DNA of 64,000 nt. Source: Prorocentrum cordatum. Its lineage: Eukaryota. The notes below the pieces were generated by a model. That model searched no databases. It was not told where the DNA came from and was given only the letters and a program-made list of their open reading frames with translations. Shown in pieces: positions 44,010-57,434 of this stretch. Location: assembly GCA_963575745.1 (NCBI GenBank), contig CAUYUJ010000239.1:1-64000 (forward strand), in the 5' to 3' direction. The position numbers were made by a program, and so were the translations under genes. Numbering within the stretch: position 1 is the stretch's first letter; the number at the start of each line of letters is the position of its first letter.

Positions 44010-46430
44010 AATGTTTAGGGCGGGCCAGGCGTTTCGCCTGAGACTTCCTGACCATGTATGACCCTGAGGCGTGAAAATTGGCAACAGCTTCACAGATGGA
44101 GGGCGGGTGGTTTCCAAAATGTGGCTGCCGCCGTAGCGCCGCGTACATTCGTTCTACAAATTTGCAAGAGCTTCACGGATTGAGGATAATCCATTTTCAA
44201 AATGTAGCTCTCGCCTTAACGACGCGTACTTTCGTTTTATGAATTCGCAAGAACTTTACGAATTAAGGATAACCCGTTTTCAAAATGTGGCTCTCGCCTT
44301 AGCGCCGCGCACATTGGTTCTAAAAACTTGCAAGAGCTTCACGGATTGAGGGTGGTTCCTTTTCAAACTGTGGCTCTCGTCTTAGCGCCGCGCACATTCG
44401 TTCATAATTTTTGCAAGCGTTTCCCCACGATCAACGTATCTGAAGCGGTGTTTTGGAAGAACTCTGGATTTAGAGGGTGCAACACTTACGTTGATTCGCG
44501 GTGTTGAAATCCTAAGGATGGCGTTCTGGCACAATCCAGGATCGTCAAGACGCAACAGTCAGGTTGATCCGTGGCGTGGGAAACCAGAGAACAATGTTTT
44601 GGCATGCTTCCGGGTTTTCAAACGGCTGCCTTCCAACGAGGCAGATCCCTCAGTGGAAATGAATCGTTGTAGGGGCCTATTAAGAGGTAGCTTGGAGGGA
44701 GGGTGTATTCCAACATCGTTGATGCCTCTTGGGTTTACACTGTTCCTCCTCCTTCTCCTACTCCTCCTCCTCCTCCTGCTCCTCCTCCTCCCTCCTCTTC
44801 CTCCTCCTCCTCCTCCTTCTCCCCCTCCTACCGAGGCTGGTCGAAAGGGCGGGCCAGGCATTTTGCCCGAGACATCCTACCATTCATGATCATGAGTTTT
44901 GAAAATTGCAGAAGCTTCACGAATGCGGGGCGGTTCCTTCTAAAAATGTGGCTCTCGCTGTAGCAGCACGCACACTCGTCTCGAAAATGTGCAAGAGCTT
45001 CACGGATGGAGAGCGGTCCGTTTTCAACATGTAGCCTTCGCCGTAGCACCGCACACATTCGTCGTAAAGTTTGCAAGCGCTACAAGGATGCCGAGCAATT
45101 CCTTCTCGAAATGTGGCTCCCGCCTTAGCGCCACACACCTTCGTCTAGAAGTTTGCAAGAACTTCACGGATTGAGGGCGGCTCCCTTTTCACAATGTGGG
45201 TCTCGCTTTAAATCTGTGCACATTCATTTCAAGAGTTTGCAGCGGATTCAAAGTTGACCATGGTTGTCCGTAGAAGAAGTGGTGTGTTGGAACGATGTCG
45301 GCATGTCAGGTCGCGACAGTTACGTTGATTCGCGGTGTTGGCGTCCCAGGAATGGTGCTCTGAAACGATTCAGGATCGCCAAAACGCAACAGGATGTAAC
45401 GGTGATTCGCAGAATTGATGTCCCAGAAACGGCGTTCTGGCACAATTCCGCATGTTCAAACGCTTGTCTTTTAACGGGGCACTTCCCTCAGTGAAAACGA
45501 ATCCGTGTAAGGTCTATGAAGAGGGAGGTGGCAGGGAGGGTTGGTTGCACTATCGTTGATGAGTCTTGAGTTTAGACTGGCCCTCCTACTCGTTGTCCTC
45601 CGCCTCCTTCTCGTCTATCTCTTTTTATAATGAATGAATCCTGCCTCTCGTACCCCGAGATGTGTCAGTAGGGCGGGCCGGGCGTTCCGCCTGAGGCATC
45701 CTCACAGCTGTTGACCCTGACGCGTGAAACTTTCAAGAGATTCACGGATGCTGGGTGCGTGACTTGAAAATGTAACGCTCGCCTTAGCGCCGCGCACCCT
45801 CGCCTTCAGAATTTGCAAGAGCTTCACGGAAGGAGGGCGGCTCGTTTTCAAAATGTGGCTCTCGCCTTAGCGCCGCGCACAGTCGTCTCAACGGTTTGGG
45901 CAAGTTTCACTGATGGAGGGCGGTTCCTTCTCGAAATGTAGTTTTCCTCTTAGCGCCGCGCAAATTCGTTTCAACAGTTCGCTCGAACTTCACGGATGGA
46001 GGGAGATTATTTTTCCACTGATGGCTCTCACCTTGGCGCAGCGTACATTCGTCTGAAAAGTGCACGACAGGTTTAAGGATTCGTATGGTTGACGTCCCAG
46101 GCGTGATGTTTTGGCACGAGTTAGGATTGCCAGGGCGCCGCAGACGCGCTGATTCGCGGTGCTGGGATCTCAGGAATGATCTTGTTCTGGCAAGATTCTT
46201 GATTACAAAACGCAGAAGGAACGTTGATTCGCGGCGTTGATGTCCCAGGAAAAGCGTTGCGGCACACTTGAGGATTCACAGACGCTTGTCTTCCAACGGG
46301 CACTTCCCTCAGTGAAAATGAATATGTGTAGGGGTCTATGAAGAGGAAAGTTGGAGGGAGGGCTCATTGCATGCACTATCGTTAATGCGTTTTGGGTTTA
46401 CACTGGTCCTCCTCCACCACCTCCTCCTCC
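44010..46430 (+). repeat. Higher-order satellite: 3 x ~825-bp units, each with about four ~88-bp subunits
   Basis: GGGCGGGCC(A/G)GGC anchors near 44018, 44847 and 45670; subunit GAGCTTCACGGA..GAGGGCGG..TTTCAAAATGTGGCTCTCGCCTTAGCGCCGCGCAC. Confidence 0.8.
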
Positions 46431-48429
46431 TCCGCTTCTTCCTGTTGTTTCTCCTCCTCCTCTCTCTCTCGTGATCCTTCCCCTCGTTTGGCCAAGTTAT
46501 CGCCAAACGTTTTGCCACAAAGGCACTTCCAAAAACGGCAGGGGGCGGCAGTGATTTGCCGTAGGCGTTTTCGATATATACAACTATAAGTGCCTGTGTG
46601 TATGTACGTATGGGCCCCAGATGGTGAACGCTCCATTTCATCGTCGTCGCCCTCCTCGTCCTAATTACGCATCCTGGTCTTCCAGATTCGCCTCGTCTTC
46701 CAGTCCTTCCCCATCGTATATGTCATGGAATGATCTGCCTTTGGAAGGACACACCTGCCAACCCACTGGTCAACCTCGGACGACCGTCTGGCCGACCCTG
46801 GCCGCGCCTCCCAGACAACCCTCCCGCCAGCCCTGGATAGGGCAAGGCTTCCTCCGAGACGTACGGATCCTCCTCCGTGCCTTTCGCGGCCCCACGCTCT
46901 TCCTTCCCCCGTGCCCCCGCGTCCTCCGGCCTCCGGCCCGCGGACGCCCACGCCGCGGGACTACCGCTCGCCTGCGGGAGAGGGGGGGGAGCGGCGACGA
47001 CCGTGTGACCACTTGGGCGGGGAGGGGGGCTCGGAGACCCTGGCCTCGCCCCGCCCCTCCCTCTCCGGAATCCCCTCGCGTCACGAACAGATCACGGCAG
47101 GTAGGTGATATTTCTTGCAACTTGCCTTCGGGTAAAAAAAGTGCCCTGAGGAGGGAAGCATACACACGTTTTCGGAAGTCCGCGCGGATTTCCTGGGTCG
47201 GCGCTGGGCCCCCCTTCACAGACGCCTGGGCGTCCGTGGCGCCGCCCCAGGCACGGTCCGCGCGCTGGGTGGGAAGGGGGGTCCAGCGCCGACCTAAGCA
47301 ATGCACACTGACGTCTTCTTGAAGGTTATGCAGACTGGACTTGTTCTACACTCCCGTCCGTCGGGGGTTGCCAGAGACAACTGGCCCAAGGTGACCACAG
47401 ACTCTTCAGAGAGACCCAGGGCCCAAATGGCCTCCAGAGCGGCCCTCACAATGTCCAGGAGGCCCCATGGGATCATCAAAGAAGCGCCAAAGGTGGGGGA
47501 GTCTTCAGCCAGGGTCACCTATGGCAGCCTCCGACTCCGTCGCCTCTCCTTGCCTCATCCCCGATCCTAGCCCTTGCTCCCTCGCTCAGTCGGACTGCAT
47601 CTACCCAGTATTTGGGACCATCGGGGAAGCCGGTGCCATGACACGGGGGCCAGCGCTCGCAGGCGCGCCATGTGCCATAGCACCTACGTGACGACAGGCT
47701 CGCGGCACGCCAGAAAAACTGCTTATTTTTTCAGCAGGGCTCCTGAGACCAAAACCTCCGATACCAAGAAAAGATTCACAGCCCAACAGTTTTTCAGCTT
47801 GGGCCTCGAGGACCCGTTTCGGAACCCAGGACCGTCAAAAATGACCCGCGACGAGAAAACTGGCCATCGGCGCCAAGTCGAGACCTCCAGGGCTCGCACT
47901 CTGAAAAATATGAGCGCTGGAGGCCTGGAAGAGTGAGCGCGCTGCAACCTCGTCTGGGCAACTGTGGCTGATACTCGGAGGCGAGCGGCAGGCACGTGGT
48001 CGCCGACGCGGGAAGAAATGCCCCGCTCCGAAGTGGGAGGGAGGCACTGGATCATCGCCTCACCTTGCCTGACCTGGATATATCCCTCGCTCTCTAGAGA
48101 TGTACAAATACATACATACAAACATAGATATGTGTCCATTCAAACATATATATATATATATACATATATATACATATATATGTATATATATATGTATATA
48201 TATAAATAAATAAATATATATATATATATATATATATATGGTCGCCCCCCCCCCTGTGATCATACATCTCCGTCTTCCGTGTTCGCTCTCTCCCTCTCTC
48301 CTTCTCTCTCGCTCTATCCCTCTCTCTCGTTTTGTTGTTCTCTCTTTGCGTTTGTTTCTCGCGCTCTCTGTGATTGTCTGCTGCTGTCTTCGACTGTTTG
48401 TCTTTCACGCTCTCTGTGATTGTGTTTGA

Positions 48430-49325
48430 GCTTTTCCAGCTTCTCCGAAAGATTACCCTCGTGAAAAACCTTCTGTGTTCCAGCCTTTTCCCGCTTTTCC
48501 AGCTTTCCCCAGAGACTACCCTGGTGAAAAACCTTGTGTTTTCCAGCTTTTCCAGCTTTTCCAGCTTTTTCCAGAGACTACCCTGGTGAAAAACCTTGTG
48601 TTTTCCATCTTTTCCAGTTTTCCAGCTTTTCCCAGAGACTACCCTGGTGAAAAACCTTGTGTTTTCCAGCTTTTCCAGCTTTTCCAGCTTTTCCCAGAGA
48701 CTACCCTGGTGAAAAACCTTGTGTTTTCCAGCTTCCCCAGCTTTTCCCAGAGACTACCCTGGTGAAAAACCTTGTGCGCTCCAGCTTTTCCAGCTTTTCC
48801 AGCTTTTCCAGCTTTTCCCAGAGACTACCCTGATAAAGGTTTTTCACAAGGGTAGCCTCTGGGAAAAACTGGAAAAGCTGGAAAACACAAGGTTTTTCAC
48901 AAGGGTAGTCTCTGGGAAAAGCTGGAAAAGCTGGAAAACACAAGGTTTTTCACCAGTGTAGTCTCTGGGAAAAGCTGGAATAGGTGGGGAAGCTGACAAA
49001 CACAATGTTCTTCATCAGGGTAGTCTCTGGGAAAAGCTGGAAAAGCTGGAAAACACAAGGTTTTTCACTAATGTAGTCTCTGGGAAACGCTGGAAAGGCT
49101 GGAAAAGCTGGAAAACACCAAGTTTTTCACCAGGTTAGTCTCTGGGAAAAGCTGGAAAAGCTGGAAAATATGGAAAACACAATGTTTTTCACCAGGGTAA
49201 TATATGGGAAAAGCTGGAAAAGCTGGAAAAGCTGGAAAACACAATGTTTTTCATCAGGGTAGTCTCTGGGAAAAGCTGGAAAAGCTGGAAAAGCTTGAAA
49301 ACACAATGTTTTTCACCAAGGTGGT
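48430..49325. repeat. Fold-back minisatellite: CCAGAGACTACCCTGGTGAAAAACCTTGTG(TTTTCCAGC)n array that inverts at ~48835
   Basis: Left units forward, right units reverse complement. Confidence 0.9.
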
Positions 49326-49329
49326 CTCT

Positions 49330-50060
49330 GGGTCCGCGTCCGCCACGGAGGGGCATCCGTTTTTCGGGTGCCCTCCAGAGTAGCGCCGTGGAAGCGCTTT
49401 GCAGTGTCGAAGTTTTGGTTTGATGTGTGGTATCATCACTGATGCTGAGCCGTTGCTGGTGTCCTTGCTTAACAGGCGTCCGACCATGTGGCCTTGTGTT
49501 CGGGCACAGTAATGGTAACCCGTTGTTTGGGTTCCCTCCTGGGTCCGCGTCCGCCACAGAGGGGCATCCGTGTTCGGATGCCCCTCCAGAGTAGCGCCGT
49601 AGAAGCGCTTTGCCGTGTCGAAGACTTGGTTTGTGGTGTGGTGTCACATCACTGATGCTGAGGCGTTGCTGGTGTCGTTGCGTAACAAGCGTGCGGCCAT
49701 GTGGCCTTGTGTTCGAGCACAGTGATGGGAACCCGTTTTGGGGGTTCCCTCCTGGGTCCGCGTCCGCCACGGAGGGGCATCCGTTTTTTGGATGCCCCTC
49801 CAGAGTAGCGCCGTGGAAGCGCTTCGCAGTGTCGAAGTTTTGGTTTGTTGTGTGGTATCATCACTGATGCTGAGCCGTTGCTGGTGTCCTTGCGCAACAG
49901 GCGTCCGACCATGTGGCCTTGTGTTCGGGCACAGTGATGGTAACCCGTTTTTTGGGTTCCCTCCTGGGCCCGCGTCCGCCACAGAGGGGCATCCTTTTTT
50001 GGATGCCCCTCCAGAGTAGCGCCGTGGAAGTGCTTTGCAGTGTCGAAGACTTGGTTTGTG
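49330..50060 (+). repeat. Tandem repeat, about 3.4 x 212 bp
   Basis: GGG(T/C)CCGCGTCCGCCAC anchors at 49330, 49541, 49754 and 49966. Confidence 0.9.
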
Positions 50061-50329
50061 TATGAACATGTGGGGAGGAGACAGGTTGAAAGGAGAGGGT
50101 GGGGAGGGAGAGGGGGAGGATGAGGAGGAGGAGGAGGAGGATGAGGATGATGATGATGACGAGGAGGAGGAGGAAGAGGAGGAGGAGGAGGAGGAGGGGA
50201 GGAAAAGGGGGAGGATGAGGAGGAGGAGGAGGAGGACGACGACGACGACGATGAGGATGATGATGAGGAGGAGGACGACGACGAGGAGGATGAGAAAGAA
50301 GGCGAAATGTATGATCACAGGGGGGCGAG

Positions 50330-50369
<40 letters not shown>

Positions 50370-52189
50370 CGAACAGCCCCCCAGCACTCACGTGTCGTTT
50401 TCTAATATTTTAACGGTGTTCTCATCTCCTCTTCCTCTAAGTTCGTTCCCTCCTTTTCCTCATCCTCCTCCTCCTCCTCCTATTCCTCGTGTTACGCTTG
50501 CGCTCGTCTGAATACTACTCTCCTCTCTTCCCTGGTGGCGTCCGGGAATTGTCTGGCACCCTTCCGCGTGCTGGTTTTTTACACACTGGATTCCCTGGAG
50601 TTGGATGTTCGCTTGGGTTGTTTTTTCAAAATGCTGCTCTCGCTGAGGCGCTGGCCTCATTTTCGGGCTACCGTCCGTTCCGATTCATGCTCCCGCTGCA
50701 GCACTGGCCTCATTTCCACGCTTCCGTTCGTCCCGAATCGTGCTCCTATTGCAGCATTGGCGTCATTCGTTCCAGCGACATGCCACGGCATGGTTTTCGG
50801 TCCTTCCAAATAGGCCCCAGAATCTAAAAAATGGTCCCCCGAAGAAACCATCGGACGTGATTACACATTCGGTGTCGATTTGTTGATTTTGGGGCTGCAG
50901 AGACCCCCCCCCCAACTTTGGGGCGTCGCAACGCCATGCTATGTCATGTTACGCGTTGATCTTCAACACCATGATATGCCAGGAATGCTATGCCATGATG
51001 CGACATCCGATTGTGCGAATAGAAAGGAGATCTACGCCATAGTAAGGGATGGGAGGGAGGGGTAGGACGTCAGATATGACGCGAGCGCACATAGCTCGTC
51101 CTCCTGCCCCTCCTCCTCCTCCTCCTCCTTCTTCCGACGAAGCCGAGAGACAGAGAGGCAGAGAGAGAGGGGAGAGAGAGAGAGAGAGAGGGACTAGAGG
51201 GAGCAGCTAGCCCTTGGAAGTTGCAAGGCTTGCGAAGTAACGAGGCGCCAAACCCTGTGAAATCAATCGGGAGTTTGGAATTTCTCGTACAAGACTACCA
51301 GGGGCCATGCGATTGAATTTGGATGTGTGTGCGCTGCTTGATTATCAACCATCCAGCACATATCAGCCAGGGTTGACTCCAAATAGATAGGAGGACAGGA
51401 GGAGGACGAGAGGAGGATGGGAGGAGGACGAAAGGAGGACGGGAGCAGGACGGGAGGAGGACGGGAGGAGCAAAATCAAGCAAGCGCAAGCAAGCAAGCG
51501 GAAGCAAGCAAGCGCAAGCGAGCAGCAACAAGCAAGCAAGAGCCAGCGATCAAGTGCAAGCAAGAAAGGGCAAGCAAGAGCAAGCAAGCGATAGCAAGCA
51601 AAGAAGCGCAAGCAAGCAAGAGCACGCAAGAGCAAGCAAGGGCAAGCGACTCACAGGAATACATAGGAATCCATAGGATTCGCCACTGGAACTAGCTGGG
51701 GGGTGCCATTGGAAATACGGGGGGGGTGAAATTGGCAAAAGTGGAGGGGAGGGGGGTGCCATTGGAAATAAGGGGGGCATCGGAAAAAAAGCGGGTGCTA
51801 AAGACCAATTACGTATGATGAGCTAGGACTCCTATAGGGCAAGCCTCATTGAAAGATAGGCATGGGCATAGGCATAGACATAGGCGTAGGCATAGGAGTT
51901 AGGGGGAGGCATAGGCATAGGCATAGCTATAGCCATAGGAATTGGAGGGGGCATACGAATTAGGGAGGGGAACGGACCAATTAATAGAGAATGAGTTAGA
52001 CCAATGAGTTAGAACTCCTATACGGAAAGCCTGTTTGGAGAAAACCCACGCTACAGTCCCCCAGTGCTCCTAACCCCAGATGGTGATTTGCCATAGGGGA
52101 GGAAAAAAACAGACAATCAAACAAACAAACAAACGAAAAAGGCAGCAGCAGCAGCAGAAGCGGCAGCTACACCAACAAAAACAAAAATG

Positions 52190-52238
<49 letters not shown>

Positions 52239-52267
52239 GCAGCAACAACACCAACAACAGCAACAGC

Positions 52268-52304
<37 letters not shown>

Positions 52305-52693
52305 GCAACGACGACGACGACAACATCAACACCAACAGCAGCACCAGCAGCAGCAGCAGCAACGACGACAACAGAAGCAACAACAACAAAACCCGCATGC
52401 ATGACCACGCGATTTCACAAAAATAGTTGCTCCATCGAGTCGCACTCTCTGTCTCTCTCTCTCTCTCTCTCCCTCTCTCTCTGTTTATATGTCCCTTCTT
52501 CCTCATTGGACGAAGCGGAGGACAAGGAGGCCTCCTCGTCCCCTTCAGATGCCGCAGTGGGACAGGGAGACATAAAGAACAGAAGAGACTAGAGGAAGCA
52601 GCGGTCCCTATGAAATTGCCAGATTTGTGAAGTAAGGGGGCACCGAACCCTGGGATGTCACAGGGATCGCTGCTCCCTCTAGGCTCTCTCTGG

Positions 52694-52733
<40 letters not shown>

Positions 52734-52749
52734 GGCTCTCTCCCTCTCG

Positions 52750-52782
<33 letters not shown>

Positions 52783-52810
52783 GTTCTCTCTCTCCCGCTC
52801 GTGTTCGCTC

Positions 52811-52848
<38 letters not shown>

Positions 52849-52957
52849 CCGCTCTGTCTCCATGTCCCTCCGCCTCAGCGAACAGGACGCAGGTGATAAT
52901 GATGACGATGACGATGACGACAACGATGATGATGACGAAGATGAAGAATAAGGAGAA

Positions 52958-52988
<31 letters not shown>

Positions 52989-53139
52989 CAGCGCCCTCCA
53001 AGGCAGAGCTCCGTGAAAACACGCGCCAAGGAAGAGGAGGAAGGACAGGAAAAAGAGGTGGAGGAGGAGGAGGGAGAGGAGGAGGGAGAGAGAGAGAGAG
53101 ATAAAGAGCGAGAGGGGGAGCTGTATATGTACATATATG

Positions 53140-53171
<32 letters not shown>

Positions 53172-53204
53172 CGCGTGCCTCCCCATCTATGGTCCCCCCT
53201 CTTC

Positions 53205-53790
53205 CTATTCTTCGAAGCCCGAAGGTTTTAAAGGCTTGAATGTTTGAAGATTTGACGATTTGAAGATTCGAGGATTATGAATCAAAATCTCGAAGGTTTG
53301 AACATTTGAAGACTTGAAGATTTGAGGATTTGAAGATTTGAGGATTTGAATAATTTGAAGATGTGAAGACTTGAAGATTCGAAGATTTGCAGATTTGAAG
53401 ACTTCAAGATTTGAAAATTTGGGGATTTGGAGATTCGGAGATTTCAAGACTTGAGTATTTGAAGATTTGAAGATTCGAAGATGTGAAGATGTGAAGATTT
53501 GAAGATTTGAAGATTCTTCAAATCTTGATTTCTTCACATCTTCACATCTTCGAATCTTCAAATCTTCAAATCTTCAAATCTTGAAATCTTCGAATCTCCA
53601 AATCCCCAAATTTTCACATCTTCAAACCTTCAAGTCTTCAAATTTTCATATCTTCAAATCTTCAAATCTTCCTATCTTCAAACCTCCAAATCTCCAAATC
53701 TTCACATACTCGAACCTTCAAATCTTCGAATCCTCAAATCTTCGAATCGCCGAAACCCTGAATTGCGGTTCTGCGAACCTATGAGCCTGC
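53205..53790. repeat. Fold-back 8-mer array, (GAAGATTT)n then (TCTTCAAA)n, inverting at ~53520
   Basis: Direct reading. Confidence 0.85.
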
Positions 53791-54103
53791 AAATCCTTGA
53801 AGCTGAAAACCTCAATATTTGCCTCGCTTCTCTCCGTCCTTGTAAATTTCAAGCTTTTGCAGAGGTTCGTCGGGCTCAGCAGCGCGCTTAAGCATTTGAC
53901 TTGTATAATTTACATGACGCCGAGGTGCTCAGTTGAATTGCTTCTCCCCAGGAACCTTAGCAGTCTTGAATGGCAAATAGTTGCCACACATTGACATGCG
54001 TGTCAGGCTGGAACCTATAATTTCGATGCCACGCGGGGTGATACTGGCAGCTGCATTTTTCGTAGAACGCTGCAGGCACAAACTTGCAGACTTTTCTCAG
54101 GCC

Positions 54104-56709
54104 ATGGACGCCGCAACAGAGAAAATACTTGATGATGAGTTCAAGTACTATGAACTCGGAACCCAGTGGCGGTTGCAGTCATTGGAGGAGCCTCGCGTGA
54201 GGGACAGTGCCGCGGGCGAGGAACACAGCATATCTGATCCTATTTCCGTGGAGCAGTTCCTGCAGGCCGCTACGCGTGATGTCGCAAGCGTGAAGATCAC
54301 GCGCCTCCTGCTTGACCATAACCTCACCCCAGCAGCATCATTGGGCGACGTCGACTTTGTGGAGATCGTGAAGAGCCAGCAGCTCGATGCTTTGCCTCAG
54401 TCTGTTGCGCCGCGGTCTACTCTACCAGCGTACGCGAAGGTTGGGGCCATCATCGGCGACCGCCCCACTGGTGTAAAAAGCCTCTTAAAGGCGTACGATC
54501 TCAACGGTGAGATGCCGTACCCGATTGCCATGGCGCGGACCTTGTTGTCGGGGAGCGGCCACGTCCCTGCATTTCGCCCAGGCCCGTGGTCGGTCCAGAA
54601 GACTGTCGAGAGCCTTTTGGATCGCATACCAGGGCAGGCTGTCTTCTGGGCAGCGATCGAGGATCAGAGTGCGAAGCGCGCCAAAACTGGGGACGAGGCG
54701 AACACGGGTTGGCAGCCCACGGCCGAGGAGATCACAGAAGGCTTGCGGCTCATCGAGGCGGAGTGCCCCGAAACCAATGGAAACGACCAGCTCGAGTGGA
54801 TTTTGAAGAATACGTACTTGGGGAATGCTCCACTCAAAGGTTGGCCAAAGACTATGATAAAGCAGACAGTCGATAACAAGTCGAAGTCCACGCATGCAGC
54901 TGATGCCGAACGCTGGCCCCCATGGCTCATCTCTGATTACGTTGATGTTCTCCAGAGCCCCATCCTGCCAGCTGTCATGCCGCTGTTGACCAGCCACGGC
55001 TTGTTCTCGGGAGGTTACCCAGGTCTTGGAAAGACGCCATTGGCCAAAACGCTCTCCATGGCGCAGGGGCGTTTCACTACTCGCACTCACGACCGCGAAA
55101 CTAAGCAAGCTGGGTTCCGCGTCGGAAAGCACCTGGAGGTGTTCCGCAACCGAGCAGGCGAGGTCGAGATTGGCGACATCTGACACGATCCTGATTTGAC
55201 GTCTATGGACATCGAGGAAGCTCTGGCGTTTCTGAATGCTGGGGAGACGGGGCTAGTCACCAGAACTCGGTACAGCCCTGCTAAGTTCAAGAAGAACCCG
55301 TTCAGAGCGATCCTGAGTAACATGTTCGATGAAGACATGGAGCCGCCCGCGGGCGACCGCACGAGCATCACCTTCGATGAGCTGCGCAATATGATCGGTC
55401 GCTCTTTAGGACCTGTGAAGCCGCAGTTCCTGATGGCTTTCTTGAAGAGATGCGTTGTCTTCACAGCTAGACAGCATGGCTTCTACCTCCGTCTGCCAGG
55501 CGAGAACGAGGACATGGTTACCCATCGTTTTGATGACGCGTGCCTGCGGAAGGGTGGAGACTGGGCGCAGCCAGATCACAAGGCAGAGCACGCCTTGTTC
55601 AAGGGTGGCGCTTGTGAACGATATGAAGGCTACGCCGAGGCCGAGCAGGCTGAGTCCGCCATCATCGACAGCTTATGTTCGAGTGTTTCGGGAGTTCCCG
55701 TGGCGGAGGTCGCGAGCCGTTGCAACGATGCCGTGTCTTCGTTCTTGCAGGGGCGCCAGGCGTTCAGCCGAATGACGCCAGGCCCCACGGCCCTACCCCG
55801 CCGGGAGAAGTCGTCATTCGGCCTGGCGTTGCTGGCCAGTACGCCGACCTGGGTTACCGCATCCCCCAGGGAGAGGCTACTGCGACTAAGAAAGCGAGGT
55901 TTCGCTTTGACCAGTCAGGCGGCGCAGCCTGTGGTAGCCGAGACGACTACCGAGTAGCGGGGAGGGAGCACGCTGTGAAAGCCGAGGCAAGTGAACGACC
56001 TGTTGGAGAGAGTGACAGGTCGTCGGCCGCTGGATGTGATTCGCCCAGGCCGACGCGCGCCCCGTGCACCGACGCCGCCGAGGACATGGCCGAGTTGCAG
56101 AAGTTTCTCTGCTCGGCGGCAGCTCACCACAACGGAGAAGACATCGACCTTCTAAGCCCTAGCTTCTGCGGCGATCCGAGCGACCTGCTGGAGGTGCAGA
56201 AGGTGTTGTGGGCGGCGGCGCGCGACGCCCACCAGTCCGAGATTGATTTGACGGCTTGCGATGGCGCTGGTGTTGATGAGCCCCATGGCATTGGCTTCCT
56301 GCTGCTCGAGTTTGCCACCGGTGTCGCCAAGGAGCGCCCGCGGCGCGACGTGTGCCTGATCCGCGTTTTGCGGAACCTGGGCGTTCCACTGCAGCACTGC
56401 AGAGACGGCCCATTTTCCATCAGCCAGGTTCAGCACATGATGACCCATCTGAGCTATCGTTTAGAGCACGTGCCATTACACTCATATGTTGCCGCGCCTC
56501 CTGGCAGCTATGTGGTGACATACCGCCCTGCTGGAGCTGCCACGGGGCATGCAGTCGGTCTCGTTGTTGCAGCCCCTACGGCGGGATGGACATTCGATGA
56601 TGGCGATGTTAGGAAGTGGTCTGGGAGTTATCAGTTTTGCAGTTTAGTGGGCGATGCCCCGGCCGATGCGCGCACGCAGTGGCGCGTGGTGAGGGGACCC
56701 AGCCAGTGA
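54104..56709 (+). pseudogene. Large decayed ORF: SF3-helicase-like P-loop ATPase plus C-terminal papain-like Cys-His-Asp domain; in-frame stop at 55181-55183, frameshift near 55800
   Basis: Walker A GYPGLGKT; Walker B-like GDI*HD; RYSPAKFKKNPFRAILSN resembling SF3 motifs B'/C; C-terminus DVCLIRVL...GHAVGL...FDDG. ATG 54104 follows a pyrimidine tract and AG. Confidence 0.55.
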
Positions 56710-57223
56710 GATTGCACTGCGCGGTTTCAATCTGCGACGTCGCGTGGCTCGCGCAGGAGCCGCGCGCGGGGCGCAGCGGATTGCGTCACCAATACAGAGG
56801 TTTGAGCGACCTTGACGGGCATTTCAAGTGCGCGCGCGTATCTGCGTTCACCGTGACCGCAGAGAACGGGACTGCAGCGTTCAGGTCGGTCTTGGCCGCG
56901 GGGGTGCGCTGGCCGAGTGAAAAAGAGAACCGTCAGTTGAGCTCTGTGGTTTTGCTAAGCGGTTGTGCCAGATGAAGAACGCGACGCTGATGAGGGCATG
57001 GCGCAGCGTGAAAGGCTGTTCGATCACCTCTTCTGGGTTGCCTGGCGCGGTCTAGCGCAGGAGTCGCGCCTGCGTTGGTTGGAGACATCCCTGGAGGCAG
57101 CCCAGATATCTCAGAGACCTCTTGGAGGCACATCTTGGGATTTCAGCACGCGTTCGTCATGCCCCGCTGATGCGCGCCTGGCCGTGCCACGTCGTCGTTG
57201 CCGTCTTCTCGTCCGCACCTTGC

Positions 57224-57246
57224 GCCGCAGCCGTTTTGGCTCGAAG
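57224..57246 (+). promoter_or_regulatory. Degenerate DinoSL relic
   Basis: GCCGCAGCCGTTTTGGCTCGAAG: two substitutions and one insertion relative to DinoSL; about 190 nt upstream of ATG 57435. Confidence 0.65.
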
Positions 57247-57340
57247 ATCAGGCAGGGCGCCACGCTTTACAGATGAGTACGTTTGTTCCGAAACGCGGCA
57301 AGGCCCGCGATGGCAATGGATTTCAGCGGGTCTTGAAAGC

Positions 57341-57376
<36 letters not shown>

Positions 57377-57434
57377 GCAGCGGGCGCGCGCGAGCGCATC
57401 GCACACGGCGTCTAAGTCCGCTGAGCTAAGGAAG

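Noticed and set aside
46620..48060. Overlapping GC-rich ORFs
   Set aside because: No motif or codon pattern singles out a real frame.
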